DNA of 64,000 nt, taken from the NCBI GenBank assembly GCA_050010955.1, contig JBEKJZ010000002.1, positions 10,961-74,960 of the forward strand, written 5' to 3'. This DNA is from Xanthobacteraceae bacterium. GTDB taxonomy: Bacteria > Pseudomonadota > Alphaproteobacteria > Rhizobiales > Xanthobacteraceae. Shown in pieces: positions 63,701 to 64,000 of the stretch. Made by a program: the position numbers and the translations under genes. Position 1 is the first letter of the stretch; every line of letters starts with the position of its first letter. The notes below the pieces were generated by a model that was not told the DNA's origin, made no database searches, and saw only the letters and a list, made by a program, of their open reading frames with translations.

Positions 63701-64000
63701 TTCATCCCCCTGTCGCGCCCGCAATCTATAACCACGATATTCGCAGTTTTGCGATGGGGAGACTATGGCGGCCACGCCGCGAATTGGAGTCCGGACTTCG
63801 CGCGCGCCGAATGACGGCGGTGGTGCCGCGGAGAGGCACCATAGGGACGTCCAAGGTCGTCCAACTAGGTCTTAGTTAAGGCCTGAAATCAGCGCGAATG
63901 TGGGATTTTCATCTATTGCGGTCCGAGGTAGTCCGCTATAATCCCGGTCCATTCTTAGGGTATGCCTTAGGGTGAAAACATGGCGCGAGCCAGCCGACGG

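Overview
This is a 64-kb, high-GC chromosomal segment. Gene content and synteny look like an alphaproteobacterium of the Hyphomicrobiales, Bradyrhizobiaceae/Nitrobacteraceae-like; that placement is an inference, since no search was possible. The window is densely packed with about 65 mostly housekeeping genes.

Recognisable genes and clusters:
- rpmB, cobS-cobT, bolA, aroK-aroB, xerD, accA, secA, argJ, mutT, grxC and ubiG.
- A TRAP transporter operon, and mtnA.
- The F1 ATP synthase operon atpHAGDC.
- The rppH-ctpA-envC-like-rlmH-rsfS-nadD-proA-proB block.
- A five-gene acyl-CoA/beta-oxidation-like operon.
- The alphaproteobacterial general stress response (GSR) core, phyR / nepR-ecfG.

I recognised no rRNA, tRNA, CRISPR array, IS element or prophage.

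The most interesting signals are non-coding:
1. Four consensus and two near-consensus EcfG-type promoter motifs (GGAAC-N16/17-CGTT), all correctly placed upstream of genes.
2. An orphan + strand intrinsic terminator beside phyR, preceded by a C-rich hairpin loop. It looks like a GsrN-type sRNA.
3. A structured, C-tract-rich leader or sRNA with its own terminator upstream of a crp-family gene, preceded by a CRP-like box.
4. A small GSR-promoter-driven ORF splitting proA from proB.
5. Two genes (comF and a CPA2-USP antiporter) that are frameshifted.
6. Several families of REP-like palindromic repeats.

All protein calls come from reading the supplied translations for family motifs. Start codons were chosen by eye from SD motifs and expected length. 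Many long ORFs in the track are antisense artefacts of high GC.
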